This document shows positions 8,230 through 20,099 of a stretch of DNA of 64,000 bases, in pieces (position 1 is the first letter of the stretch; each line of letters starts with the position of its first letter). Origin of the DNA: Naegleria gruberi (lineage: Eukaryota); NCBI GenBank assembly GCA_000004985.1, contig GG738849.1, one strand, 5' to 3'. Made by a program: the position numbers and the translations under genes. A model generated the notes under the pieces. That model was not told where the DNA came from. It saw only the letters and a program-made list of their open reading frames with translations, and searched no databases.

Positions 8230-9327
8230 TTACAAAAATTCAGGATCTTGAAAATCTTTTTTACATAACCAACAGGCACTAATAACAAACAGTATTACAC
8301 AACAAACTCCACCCAGCAAACAAAAGCCTACAATACCATATATAATGGCAATAAATAATACAGCAACTTTCTTAACCTCGTAATAGCAGGTTCCTGTATT
8401 TACATCTCTTATTTGGAACGCTTTAGAGGTGGAACATGACATGTAAGAGGTAAAGTCACTAATTAGACCAACTCTTTTCAGATATGAAACCAGTTCTCTT
8501 CCTCCTGATTCGTAATCATAGGCTGTTGCTGTAATACTTGGGTATTGACAAGTACTCGACGAGTTACACATGTAAATAATTTCTGGCATTACAGCTCCGT
8601 CATAGTAAAAGTTGACACTAACTGTATGGGCGTATGTTTTTCCATGTGAAATTATTCTTCTCACCTTAATATTATTGTAAACTCTGACATACCAATTTTG
8701 AAAAATTTTGTCGCCATTGTTGTTGTAAAACTCATCCAAATTATTTGAAAGAACAAGATCAATGGTAGAACCAGAAGGTGATCTTAGTTCTACACTGATT
8801 TCTTTCAAATTTTCTCTTGGTGCATACTTTTGTTCAGCGTGATGAGTGGCCAAAATAAAGGTCAAAACATCACCAAATGTTTGGTTACTATTCACAAATT
8901 GATTTCTCAAATATGGCTTTCCATTAATCAATTTTGGTGGAAACGTTTCTTCAGCAGTACTAAAGTTTGCAGCATAACATTTGGCACACATTGATGTCGA
9001 TCCAAAAATCGTATAACCGGTATCACTATTTCCCACGTTATAGTCAGCACTCGATGTTCCATCTGAGGATGTTGTTGATTGTTGATTTGTTTTGTACATT
9101 TCACCTCCATCCCATCTTATTAAATCTGCAAAGCTATCAAGAAATGGTGTCGAGTCAGAAAGGGCCGAAAGGAAAGTCTCCGATGAAGAGCTAGCAGCCT
9201 TATTATTTCCCTCTATTGTTGATAATTGCATACAAAGAGCAAATACCAATAAAATTAGCATTATGAATATATATTTTCCATTGTAAAATAACAAATTGGA
9301 AGTAGACCTCTTCGCTAACGTCGTCAT
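8230..9327 (-). CDS. Hypothetical type I membrane protein: a signal or anchor helix, a large Ser/Thr/Asn-rich ectodomain with many N-glycosylation sequons, and a C-terminal transmembrane helix with a short Cys-rich tail.
   Basis: 365-aa ORF with an N-terminal hydrophobic segment (IFIMLILLVFALCMQ) and a C-terminal TM (VAVLFIAIIYGIVGFCLLGGVCCVILFVISACWLC). No recognisable catalytic motifs. Confidence 0.5.
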   Translation of the reverse strand: MTTLAKRSTSNLLFYNGKYIFIMLILLVFALCMQLSTIEGNNKAASSSSETFLSALSDSTPFLDSFADLIRWDGGEMYKTNQQSTTSSDGTSSADYNVGNSDTGYTIFGSTSMCAKCYAANFSTAEETFPPKLINGKPYLRNQFVNSNQTFGDVLTFILATHHAEQKYAPRENLKEISVELRSPSGSTIDLVLSNNLDEFYNNNGDKIFQNWYVRVYNNIKVRRIISHGKTYAHTVSVNFYYDGAVMPEIIYMCNSSSTCQYPSITATAYDYESGGRELVSYLKRVGLISDFTSYMSCSTSKAFQIRDVNTGTCYYEVKKVAVLFIAIIYGIVGFCLLGGVCCVILFVISACWLCKKDFQDPEFL

Positions 9328-9681
9328 CCTTGATTCAAACTACTACGAGCACAAGGGAAGGAACAAAACTTGGATGTCGTTAATTGTGTAGTGTTGTTGT
9401 TGGGCGGCACCTGGAAGAATTTTTTCAGTTTGTTTGACAATCGTTGAGGGTTTTTGGTGGTTTTTTGTAGGGCTGTTACAGTATAAATAGTCAGGCCTCA
9501 AAAGAAAATGAAGCGGATTCTGTCTTATCATTCACGGGGTTTTCAATTTTGCTAAGTCGGAAGGTTCATTTCAATCTTTAATAACAAACTTGAAATTAAT
9601 CTTAATAACAAACTTTGATAAAACAATACCAACAAAATTAGTACCAGCAAACTGTTGAATATCAACAAGTGATAAGAAAAA

Positions 9682-10416
9682 ATGAGAACAAGACGAAGTG
9701 TTATAATTGCAGAGTCATCGGATGATGAGTTGATGGATGAATCTTCGGATAGTGATAATGATAACATATTTCAAGATGAAGAAGAGGAAGAGGAAAATTC
9801 AAATCAAATTGTTCTTGAACCACCAACAAGTTTTGAACACATTCCGATAATTAAATTGGACAAGGATTATTTCATGACAGCAATTTATATTAAAAAGTTC
9901 CTGCACCAGAGTGATTATGACTTGGTAAAGGCATTCAAAGAGTTTGGACAGGAAAAAGATAGGAAAGTGCTTCACGGAAGAGATATGGCAAAATTGGTTC
10001 ACTTAAGCCAACACCACTATCTTTCCAGTGATTTAGAGATAAAGCCGAATATCAAGGGTGTTGTTCTATTTAGAATGGAGTGGATTATTGAAATGTTTAA
10101 TAGAGAGATACTATCGAGTGAAAGTTTTGTCGAAAATGTCAATATAATAGATTTCATTATTGTATTCGATATGGAAAGAAATTGTGTTAACTTTAAGGAT
10201 GAAGTAATAGAAACACTCTTGGAATCTCAAAAGAAGCAACAGGAAGATAAGATTAAAGAGGAGGAGGACGCTGCGCAACCCTCTATTATTGAGGAGGAAA
10301 CATTTCACACATGCCCTATTAGAACTGAAGGAATTGAAAAATTTCAGGACTTTCTTAAACTCCACATCTCACACACTACCTCTGATCGATGCGTAATTAT
10401 GCCATTCGATTATTAG
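9682..10416 (+). CDS. Hypothetical acidic protein with an N-terminal D/E-rich stretch.
   Basis: 244-aa ORF with coding-like composition and an acidic N-terminus (SSDDELMDESSDSDNDNIFQDEEEEEE). I recognise no domain. Confidence 0.45.
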   Translation: MRTRRSVIIAESSDDELMDESSDSDNDNIFQDEEEEEENSNQIVLEPPTSFEHIPIIKLDKDYFMTAIYIKKFLHQSDYDLVKAFKEFGQEKDRKVLHGRDMAKLVHLSQHHYLSSDLEIKPNIKGVVLFRMEWIIEMFNREILSSESFVENVNIIDFIIVFDMERNCVNFKDEVIETLLESQKKQQEDKIKEEEDAAQPSIIEEETFHTCPIRTEGIEKFQDFLKLHISHTTSDRCVIMPFDY

Positions 10417-10467
10417 CTTGAAAGACACACCCATCACTGCAGCAAGCATGTATACAAATAAGGCTTA

Positions 10468-11001
10468 TTGCACCATGTGTTAATAAGCTCATCGGTTAAG
10501 AATCTTAATTTTACCGACACAAAAAAAACGATGGGCTCTGCTGTCTCATCCTCACCTTCATTCTCAGACTATGTAGAGAATAAACAGAAACAAAGAATAC
10601 AAGAACACTATCAAAAGCTAAACAAATCTCATAAGGCACTTGTTCTTTCACCCAAGTCCTTAAATTACGTCTATAAGAGTCATCAATCCTCTCCCAATTT
10701 CTCAGTGCTTATTCCCGATGATAATTTAAATGATAAATCAAAGATGATTCGCTCAAAGTCTGTGCCTGTAAATCAAAGTGGAAAAAAGATTGCCTACCTT
10801 CAAAAGAGAGAGCACTCCGTAGTATTCAACAGGAAGCAATTTAATAATGTTGCAGAGTCTTCATTAAGTAGCACTAATCAATCATTTTCATCATCACAAC
10901 AATCAATTGAACCAACCAACTCTCTCTTCTCTAGAGTTAATACTACCAACACTCTGAAAACCAACAATTCAACACCACTCATAGAAACTGATTTAACTTG
11001 A
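10468..11001 (+). CDS. Hypothetical Ser-rich protein. A possible start lies at MGSAVSS (about 10531), which would make it a candidate for N-myristoylation.
   Basis: 177-aa ORF of low complexity. Weak support. Confidence 0.3.
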   Translation: MHHVLISSSVKNLNFTDTKKTMGSAVSSSPSFSDYVENKQKQRIQEHYQKLNKSHKALVLSPKSLNYVYKSHQSSPNFSVLIPDDNLNDKSKMIRSKSVPVNQSGKKIAYLQKREHSVVFNRKQFNNVAESSLSSTNQSFSSSQQSIEPTNSLFSRVNTTNTLKTNNSTPLIETDLT

Positions 11002-11762
11002 TCACACACTTGAAAAAGCAGCAAAGGTAAAATACTTGAAATCCAAAACAAGTGGATGGCTCTTCAAATATCAAAGTTTTCACTTATTGAGAAAGTGTAA
11101 TATGAAAACATTACAATACCTCTTATTCCTCTGAGATTTCTGGCACTCATTTCATTAATAATGATGCCTGAAAGAACCAAATACCAAATGACATAGCATA
11201 ATAAATGGTCAACCTAATAATATACAATAACAATGTGAACAAACAAGGATATTTCTATCGCTTTAACATAATAGGCCCTTCTTCAGAGTCTCTATGGAGT
11301 ATGAGGTGGTGTTGAATGGGTAAAAAACCTTAACATCCTTCACCACACATCCAGATAAAGTATATATAAATGGGAGGGGGTGCTTCAAGACAATGTTCTC
11401 CAACCAGTGAGCCCTGGTGAGGCGAAGTTCACAAATTGCAATAGATTGAACAGAAAGCACACCTTGTTTTTTGGTTGAACTCGGCTAAGGAGGAAAGCAG
11501 TCCAACAAGAAACGAAAGAGCAAAACAGAATATAAACAAAAAAACAAAACAACTCAGATCACGCATTCTCCTATCAAACGAATCACAGACCAAAAAACTA
11601 TAGACTCATGGAAACCATGAAAGAAGTAGATAACGATATTCAAGAGCAATTGGCAAAGTTACCAAGCAGCAATGCTAGATAAAAGCAAAGTTTATTAATC
11701 GAACTCAAAAGCTACCCAAATTTTGTATTGAGGAAAGTTAAGAAATTCTAAATGGGAGAATG

Positions 11763-11824
11763 AAAATAATTAAAAATAAATACTTGGAGAAAAATAGCAA
11801 AATAATTAAAAATAAATACTTGAA
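11763..11824. repeat. Tandem direct repeat of a 26-nt unit (aaaataattaaaaataaatacttg), two copies separated by about 10 nt.
   Basis: Copies at 11763-11788 and 11799-11824 in the intergenic region. Confidence 0.6.
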
Positions 11825-12059
11825 AAAAATGCTCACAACATCCTCTATGGTCAATTCACCATCAATCCGATCTAAACAGGTTCCTGACTATTTTAATCGG
11901 ACAATGGTAATATTAGCGGAAAATGTTTTTGATGGTGATCAGTCGTTTATTGAACAATTTAACTTTTTTGTTGGTATGTTTTTTTAATGTTTTTCAAATT
12001 ATTAAAGATGATTCCATCCGATTCGTATTCTACACACATTAAATATTATAATAATATTT

Positions 12060-15000
12060 GTGATAACATTCATAATAATTTCATTACCAATTTATAACAA
12101 TATCATCAACAACAAATTGGAAATAATAGAAAACAAAAAAGCAAGAAATGATTTTGAATTTACTAAACCCCAATATAGTGTTACTTTGGAAACAATTCTA
12201 GATTATTGTAGAATGGTTAATGATATCCTTCCAGAGGAGGCAGGCATCTGTCTAGGATTACAACATCATGGCAGTGAAATTTTAATGACAAATGATTGGA
12301 GTTGGGAACAACAAACTTTCCTTTCTGTATGTAGTATTAATTTACATTTAATAGATTTAACCAATAACAAGATTTCAAACAAATTATCAACAGAGTTAGA
12401 CAATTTATATGGAACTAGTGCTGAGATTGAAAAAAAGACCACTCCTTCTCCCTACCCCACAACAAAACAATTGGAACAATTATGTCAAAATATATTTTCT
12501 TGTTTATTTTCACATGGAGACATCAAGGCAAAAGAAAAGAGTCAACTCAATATTAACTACTCATTCAAGGTTATATTTATTACCAAGTGCGTATCAACTC
12601 CTGGAATAGATAATGAATTGAAGAGGAATTTTATCTTACCCCTTGCTTCAATTTTTGAAAAGCAATTTGAACTTTTCAAGAATGAAGTTAGAAATTTCAT
12701 GTCCCAACCTTTGGACAGTGGATCTGCTTTTACAGTTTTGGAAAATCAAAGAAAAGCCCAACTGTATAAACTCTTCTCCACATTCGACGAAGAAGAACTC
12801 AGGAAGGTGACCTGTACATTGGATTTAATTGAACCTTTGGTTGAAAATTTCCTGATAGAGGCATGTCCCGATATTGACCCAAATCAACCATTGAAATTCA
12901 ATTGCTCATCCCTTACTCCAAATCTTCCTCTCGAGTCTTTATCAACAGAGCCAATTTCTTCTCTATTGAGAACAACAAGACCAGTGGAGAATACTAGATT
13001 TTGGCAGGTTGAACGAGATTCAATGGAGAGAGTTATTAGAGAAAAAATTGCTCAAAAGCAATACGGACTAATACTAATTTCTGTTCAGGGAATTCCAATG
13101 AGAGATGCTTGCTCTGAGGGTACCAACAATTATGATGTCTTGTTAGCTTGTAAAGGGTTGACTGTGGATATTATTCAGGATGTGTCTGTTTCATCGGGAT
13201 CGATCAACTTGAGATGGGTTAGAGCTGATCCAAAGAGAAGCATTGAACATTTGTACACTACCAAATCTGTTCATAGAATCACACCAATGACTCCCTACAC
13301 ATTACCAACTGTTTGTCTGATGAGACACTTGTCAACTAAAAAACCTGTAGCACTAATTTATGAATCAGAGTATAATCTGGCACATAATCATTCACCAACA
13401 CACTTGATTTTACAACACGGTCATGATGTATACTTACATGTATTACATTTGAATAAGGTCTTCCAACCTTACACTGACATTATTCAAAATGAAGAAAATA
13501 ATCTAAGGTATAGAACTCATGAATTTATTGATATTGTGAATAATCACCTCTTGAGGGTAAATGTAAAAAGAGATTTAGCTAGGGAAGGTACCACCATTCA
13601 AGAAACAGAGAAAGAAAGCCTTATCACCCTTATGAAACATAACAATTGTGTGTATAGTGTCCCATCAAGTATCGAAAGAGGCACCAGATATTTCCCACTT
13701 GCTGCAGATGATAGTTCTGTTCTATTTTGTGAAAATGCAAGAGAAATCTATGCAACATTATTTTCCAAAATTATTACCCCTTTAATGGATATTCTTTTGA
13801 GAAAAGCTCCAGAATATGTCAATGATCAAGATAAGATCTATGTAGAAAAACTATTGGAATCATTGTTCGAATTCTCGAGAGGAAATGATGAACAATTAAT
13901 ACCAGAATTGAAAAACGATCATACCAAACGTTGGAATTCTTATAGAAAGATTTGGGGAGAATTAAGAGCATTCTTCCTAACAATAGGATATAAGGAATTT
14001 ACTGCTGTCATGGATAGATTGTGGCCACAATTCCTGTACGATAAGCAACAACAAGGAGACGACAGCACAGGCAGAAGAGCAAAGAGAGTGGTCGAAGTTC
14101 AAAGAGACAGATATGGAGCTGTCATTTTCCCAATTCCACTAGGAGCGTTGACAGTCCTCTCGTTAGGCAAAGTAATTTATGATAGACCAAATTATCATAC
14201 TGACAAGTATATTTGGCCTGTAGGATATAAGAGTACTCGTTATTATACTAGTGTAAAGGATACCAATAGAAGATGTCTCTATACTTGCGAAATTAAGGAT
14301 GGAGGTGAGAGTCCAATATTTGTCCTCTCCTCTGACGATAATCCTAATGATATTATTGAAGCTCCAAGTGCTACAGCAGCATGGACAGCAATTGTAAAAC
14401 AAATCAACAAAATCAAGAGCGAAGAATCTGGAAAGAGAGTGTTTACTAATGTGAGTGGACCTGAATATTTTGGACTGGCCCACCCAACAATCATGAAACT
14501 CATTTCACAACTACCAAATGCTGAAAAGATTAATCGACCAAATTATGCACCAAACCAACCTGTCAAGACAGAGTCATCTATTAATGATCCTAATGCAAGC
14601 AGTGATGATGAGAATATCACACCTCCCTCTGCAAACATGACCCCAAGCGCTTCAAGCCTTCATCCATCAGTATCACAAACAAGCCTTTCCAGTCAACTTC
14701 AACAAGCAACGCCAACACTCTCAGCCTCACCTGAAACCAATAATGGAGATGCACAAACACCAGATCTTGCCAGAAAGAGAGCAAAGAGAAATGAGCAAGT
14801 TCATTACGAAAGAGATACAACAAGAAGTGAAATTCAAAAGGTTTCATGGTTGCCAAACATGAATCTTGCTCAATTCTGTGAAAATAGAAGTAACAAGTTG
14901 GTTGCCAAACCAATGGATGGCGAGAATGAGGGTGAGAAGGGTCTCTACTCTTACCTAAACCTTAATAATGCAAATGACAGATCAAGTAATCAACAAGGTT

Positions 15001-15101
15001 CATCTTCAAATGCCAATCATCAACAAGGTTCCTCGAATCATTATGGATCCAATCGAAATAGAAAATATGGTCAAAAACGAAAGTTTGCACTTTATCAATA
15101 A
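12060..15101 (+). CDS. FYR (FYRN plus FYRC) domain-containing nuclear protein with a low-complexity S/N/Q-rich C-terminus. The start codon and any upstream exon are uncertain.
   Basis: FYRN/FYRC signature RVVEVQRDRYGAVIFPIPLGALTVLSLGKVIYDRPNYHTDKYIWPVGYKSTRYYTSVKD..RRCLYTCEI..GESPIFVLSSDDNPNDIIEAPSATAAWTAIVKQINKIK..SGPEYFGLAHPTIMKLISQLP. Confidence 0.7.
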   Translation: MITFIIISLPIYNNIINNKLEIIENKKARNDFEFTKPQYSVTLETILDYCRMVNDILPEEAGICLGLQHHGSEILMTNDWSWEQQTFLSVCSINLHLIDLTNNKISNKLSTELDNLYGTSAEIEKKTTPSPYPTTKQLEQLCQNIFSCLFSHGDIKAKEKSQLNINYSFKVIFITKCVSTPGIDNELKRNFILPLASIFEKQFELFKNEVRNFMSQPLDSGSAFTVLENQRKAQLYKLFSTFDEEELRKVTCTLDLIEPLVENFLIEACPDIDPNQPLKFNCSSLTPNLPLESLSTEPISSLLRTTRPVENTRFWQVERDSMERVIREKIAQKQYGLILISVQGIPMRDACSEGTNNYDVLLACKGLTVDIIQDVSVSSGSINLRWVRADPKRSIEHLYTTKSVHRITPMTPYTLPTVCLMRHLSTKKPVALIYESEYNLAHNHSPTHLILQHGHDVYLHVLHLNKVFQPYTDIIQNEENNLRYRTHEFIDIVNNHLLRVNVKRDLAREGTTIQETEKESLITLMKHNNCVYSVPSSIERGTRYFPLAADDSSVLFCENAREIYATLFSKIITPLMDILLRKAPEYVNDQDKIYVEKLLESLFEFSRGNDEQLIPELKNDHTKRWNSYRKIWGELRAFFLTIGYKEFTAVMDRLWPQFLYDKQQQGDDSTGRRAKRVVEVQRDRYGAVIFPIPLGALTVLSLGKVIYDRPNYHTDKYIWPVGYKSTRYYTSVKDTNRRCLYTCEIKDGGESPIFVLSSDDNPNDIIEAPSATAAWTAIVKQINKIKSEESGKRVFTNVSGPEYFGLAHPTIMKLISQLPNAEKINRPNYAPNQPVKTESSINDPNASSDDENITPPSANMTPSASSLHPSVSQTSLSSQLQQATPTLSASPETNNGDAQTPDLARKRAKRNEQVHYERDTTRSEIQKVSWLPNMNLAQFCENRSNKLVAKPMDGENEGEKGLYSYLNLNNANDRSSNQQGSSSNANHQQGSSNHYGSNRNRKYGQKRKFALYQ

Positions 15102-15102
15102 A

Positions 15103-17123
15103 TTAATCATCAATTGATAAAACTATATTTCCATCATCATCAACCAATTCTTTCATAAATATTGGTTTTGAGACTGGTTGGAGGAATGACAGCAAGGTAG
15201 ATTGTTGAGGACTTAAGGTGGGAGAGGATTTTGATTTTTTCGTGTTAGAATCAGAGGTGGTTGGAGTTTTTCTTTTCAGTTTTACCGTAGATCTCGAAGC
15301 AGAACTGGGTGTGGTACTGGAGGAGGTTTTTTTAGTAGTACCTGTAGGTAGATTGGGAGGTTTCTTGCTAATCATAGAAGAGGAAGAGGAGGGTTTTACG
15401 AAGGGGTTGGCAGTTTTAGGAAGGGGATTCACTATGATATCTTCGTCGTCTTCTTGACTGTCAGAAATAAAAATAGGTAGCTCAATAGTACTTGGGCTAT
15501 CAATATACATACTAAACTGACTACCATCTCTAAAATCATCATCCAAATCAATAACAGGATCTGTGGTACAAATAGGAGCAGAGCATGATGTAGATTGTTG
15601 AGGAGTTCCATATAAAGACATTGGGGATTCTGAATATTGACTCTTGCTCTCAGAAACAGGAGTCACATCAATGGAATTCTCGTCATCAAAATCATAATCA
15701 TCCAAATTAATATCAATATCGTCATCATTCTTATTGGGGGAAATACGTTGTTGAATTGGTTTTGGATCAGACTTTTTAAGAAAGAGAGAAATGGATTTTT
15801 GATTCTTGTCTCTCTTTGGCTTTTCTTCCTTCTTTGATTTTTTTCTGGGTGTTGAAACAGAATTGGTACCTGAAGCTCCATCAGTCATCACAATTTCTGG
15901 AACTGTAAACTTTACACGAATGGGAGTGTATTGAAAATCATCTGAAAGCATTTCAATTATTCTTGCCTTGTGGTGGGGGTCATTATATACAGTTGGTACA
16001 AGATGATCGTAATTAAATGTTTCTACACAATCTTTCAATTCTGTAAAGCTAGAGTGTTCACTGTATGGAACCTCTATCAATGTAATATTTCCATTTCTTA
16101 CAGCCTTTACAGGAACTTCTGGAATTGAACCATCAAGTGGCATTGACTTGGGAATGTCCATATCTTTAAAGCACCATGCACTAGGTTTGATTGCAATAAT
16201 CTCGCTCACATTTCTGTTGGAAGATTTAATTTGGAAAAGTCTCTTCCAACTCACATCCTTCATATTTACAATATGGATATTTGTCTCGGCTATATTCATT
16301 GTGAAAATGTTAAAGTATGGCAGTTCCAAACACTCTAAAGTTTTGTATTTTTCAAATGTTACAAATACCTTCTTTCCAGTTCTCTTACTAAGACCTTCTG
16401 CAATTCTTTCTTTACCAATTAAATATGTACCTATCAATACTAAATATGACTTGCTAGTATTTTTGAATTTACTCTCAAGTAAATCAGCAATGAAATCAAT
16501 TGCTTCGACTTGTTTTGGAAATGTATAGAAAGGATCACAATAGGTTGTGTCAATAAAAATTGATTCTAATTGTTTTTTTGGCACTCCCTTCAAAGAAATT
16601 CCATCTCTTTCTTCAATTATCTGTCTAATGTCATCCCTCATATAAGGTCTTAATTCTTCACAATCCAACATCTTGGATCTGTCAAATCTCATATCTCCTG
16701 TATGTAAAAAGGCTTTTCCAGTCTTGCTTACTTGAAACAATACTAGACTACTTCCAGGACAGTGATTAGCATCAAGAAAAGTAAACTTGACACCTTTATA
16801 CTCATATGTTTTGTTAAACTCACAAGCATTAAGATACTTGTCAGCAATCCCAAATTGTTTTTTCACTAAATTACAAGTTGGGATGGTACAATAAATTGAT
16901 CCATGTGACCACGTTTTCACCAATCCAGCATACTATAATAACATTAGAAGAAACAATATTATTTAAATAAACCTTGTCACCAACCAATTAATAAAAAACA
17001 ACTTACGTGATCAGAGTGAAAGTGAGTCAGAAAGAAGGTATTATACTTTTGTTTGTATTTAAATCCATCAACTACAAAATCCGTTCCCGGAATGAGTTTA
17101 ATATCCTCATCATTGGCTGCCAT
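15103..17123 (-). CDS. DCLRE1: SNM1/PSO2/DCLRE1-family DNA cross-link repair nuclease (metallo-beta-lactamase / beta-CASP). Exon 1 is 17017-17123, there is an 84-nt intron at 16933-17016, and exon 2 is 15103-16932. It has a long S/T/D-rich C-terminal tail.
   Basis: Exon 1 encodes [39 protein letters not shown]. After a gtaagt..tattatag intron it continues [24 protein letters not shown].. This is the HxHxDH metallo-beta-lactamase motif followed by the beta-CASP region. Confidence 0.85.
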
Positions 17124-17612
17124 TATTTATCAATTTATCCACTCAAAAAAACTATTGCTTTCAATATGATAAAAGTTTCAATATGATGATTATTCTGTTG
17201 TTGTTGCTGTGTGATGGCAGTTACTTGAAACAACTATGTAACTGGCGAAAGAGCGCGGGTGAATTTCTTTTTTTTAAATTTTTAAATGAATCAAATTCTA
17301 TTGGAAGTGGAGGGAAAATGAATGTGTTCGAATTTCTGCTCGAACCTACTCATAATTTGGGTTTTTGTAAAGATTTTGATAATATTTGAAACACAGATCT
17401 ATGGCCAATCATTCCAAGACAATATACATGTTGCATTCAAAACTGTTTGAGTTGATTATTTTCATTATTTTCTTTGCAATTCTTTTTTAATAGACATTGG
17501 AATACAGACAATATTGATTTATCATTGATTTGATTCTAGTTGCCAAATAACTCAAAAATCTTAAAGAGATAATTATTCAATCGAATTGAATTAAAAAAAC
17601 ATTTTAAAAAAA

Positions 17613-20041
17613 ATGTTACAACACCCATCATCAAATAGAAATGATGGCATGTCGGATGATTCATCATCGGAAGGAGAGGAAGAAGGCTATTCCCTAAGTG
17701 CAACCACTTTGAAAATATGTACAGACTATTTGGCTAGAATTAAAATGGTTCAAGAGGAATTGAACAATCAATTGAGCCTTGTACAAGGAAGAGGAACTAA
17801 TACATTCCCAGTATTAAAAGCTGGTGAGGAATGGAATGGAATTCGTGATGAGGAAATTGAAGCTCAATTACTGAATGATATTCTCAACTTTTTATGTTCT
17901 CCCGAACATGTCGACTATTTTGTGAGCATGTATGAATTTATTGAATTGTATTTTAGTGTGATGGCTACAAATACTTCAATTTGTGTGGCATCTCATATTA
18001 GAATTGTTAAATGTCTAGAGGAATATTATCACTTTTATGTACTTCTTGCGAATGAGGATCGTTATTCTGATTCTAGAATTATTTATGAAAATACTGTGAT
18101 TGTAAATATTGTCAAATATTTAATGAAATTTCTTGGAGAAATGTCAAAGTGTTTGAAAGGGAAAAATCTCAAGTATCTCTCTCTTTTCATGCATGGTATT
18201 GCAATTCTGGATAAATACTTACTAAAATTAATTTCTAATCAAAGGATTTTAAAGATTATTAACGATGCAATTTTGAATTTTTCAATAGAAATGTTTAATA
18301 CTCTTCTTCCATCTGAAGAGGATAACACTACCGATGCTAATTGTGATAGTGTAACACTCATCTGTGGTACATTATCAAAAATCCCCATCATACGGCAATT
18401 CTCTCACACTTTTATTTTGAAAAAGTATGACGAGTATCAAAATCAACCAAAGAAATTGTGGAATACTACATTTCAATTAGCTCTCTTGATTGGACTTTTC
18501 ACATGTAAAGGATATGATGATTTTTTATTTACAAATTTACAGCATTCAAATGAGCTAGTTGCCTATACTTGCATTTGGTCTTTGGGAACAGTTTGCGAGG
18601 ATAAAAAGCCACTAATTACCAAGTTACAACATATATATGTGACCGATAGTAGAGCCATGATAAAAAGGTCAATTTTGAAAATATTTTCTACCTATGTGAT
18701 GCAAGATGAGCACATTGGTATGGATATGTATGATTCGATATTTAAAATTTTGCCTCTCTCTGTCACTGATGATTTAAGGACAAAATCTGTAAGTTTATTT
18801 TGAATTTCAAGTATTAACCTTCACAGTATGATACCCTCACCTCTTCTTGGTTTTTAATGAGTTTAATTATTAAGAAATCCCAAAATAGAGATACATATAT
18901 TTTCAGTGTCATTGATTTGTTTGATGATTTGGAAAAGTCTATGAGTTTGCAATGTGCAGAGAGTGGTAGCTATGCAAAAATTGATCCTGGATTTAAAAAA
19001 GTTCACGCCGTCTATTTCAAGCTTTTATCAGATAAGAAAGTATTGAAATATTTGAGAAATAACCTAATCATGCAACGAAAATTGAGGGAGAGTGTTTTTG
19101 TATCACTTAGAAGAATGCTCTTCTCAGTGAGGATTGTAGATAAACATTTCACAGAAAATCTAGAGGACTATATGGGAGTGGTAGTTGGACTAATGGACGA
19201 TGAAATGATTCGATACATGAAGGAAGAACAATTAATAGTATCAAAATGCTTATTCAAAGCCAATGTGATTAACAAGCAAATGGGAAATTCATACTTTGCT
19301 CTAATAGCACAGCTGGGAGTTCACTTGGAAGATATTCTTACCATTAAGGAAATATTTTCACTCCTTACTGAGAGAATGCTCTTTCAAATTCCAAAGAAAA
19401 TTACACTGATCGATAAGGTAGAAGATGTGATAATACTACTCTACATATTGAATAGTATAGGAGAAGTATTGAGGACATATGGATCAAAGATTGTACAAAA
19501 CTCGTATTTGAAACCCCTCTTTCTCGAATCATTGGAGAATAATATTATCAATATTTTCAACTCTAAAGAGCTAATCAAAGGTGTTGGTTCAATTGGAAAA
19601 TCTGTAGATGTTATTGTAATGTTGAAATCCGTTTTTTGTAGTGTCATTTCAAAGATTTATTGCTATTGTGACAAGGATTTGATATTGAAAAACTTTAAGA
19701 AAGTTCGAGATATTCTATTATTTTATCCTGAACTGCCACATTTGAGAATGGGATTGGAGCAATTAGAATACTTTGCTTCATTTGTCGATATTTTGGAACA
19801 TGTCACAGATACAGATGAACGTGTTGATTTTGACTTTTTGCAGAATATTCAATTACTTGATAGGAGTGTATCGATATTGCACAGATTCAAGAATGCAACT
19901 GATGCTTTTTATTTCAGATCTGAACTTGGAGTCATTAATGAGGGAGAAAGTTTGACTCAAGACTGGAAAATGTTGGTCATCAAGTCTGTTAGATTGAGAA
20001 ACTTGTTAGAAACACAAATACAAGATTTGGCTCAGGCTTGA
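17613..20041 (+). CDS. Large hypothetical protein of about 790 aa. ORFs 17613-18803 and 18857-20041 join in frame if a 38-nt GTAAGT..CACAG intron (18789-18826) is removed.
   Basis: Two long adjacent same-strand ORFs in frames differing by 2. A canonical donor and acceptor lie between them and removal restores the frame. Helical-repeat-like composition. No recognised domain. Confidence 0.5.
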
Positions 20042-20099
20042 AATATTAAAAATAAGATTTGAAATAGTGGTATAAGTGCATGAATGAAATAATAATAAT

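Noticed and set aside
12409-15457. Small ORFs nested in or antisense to the FYR-domain and SNM1 genes (12409-12609, 14163-14503, 14617-14913, 15218-15457).
   Set aside because: They overlap well-supported longer CDSs and have low-complexity translations.
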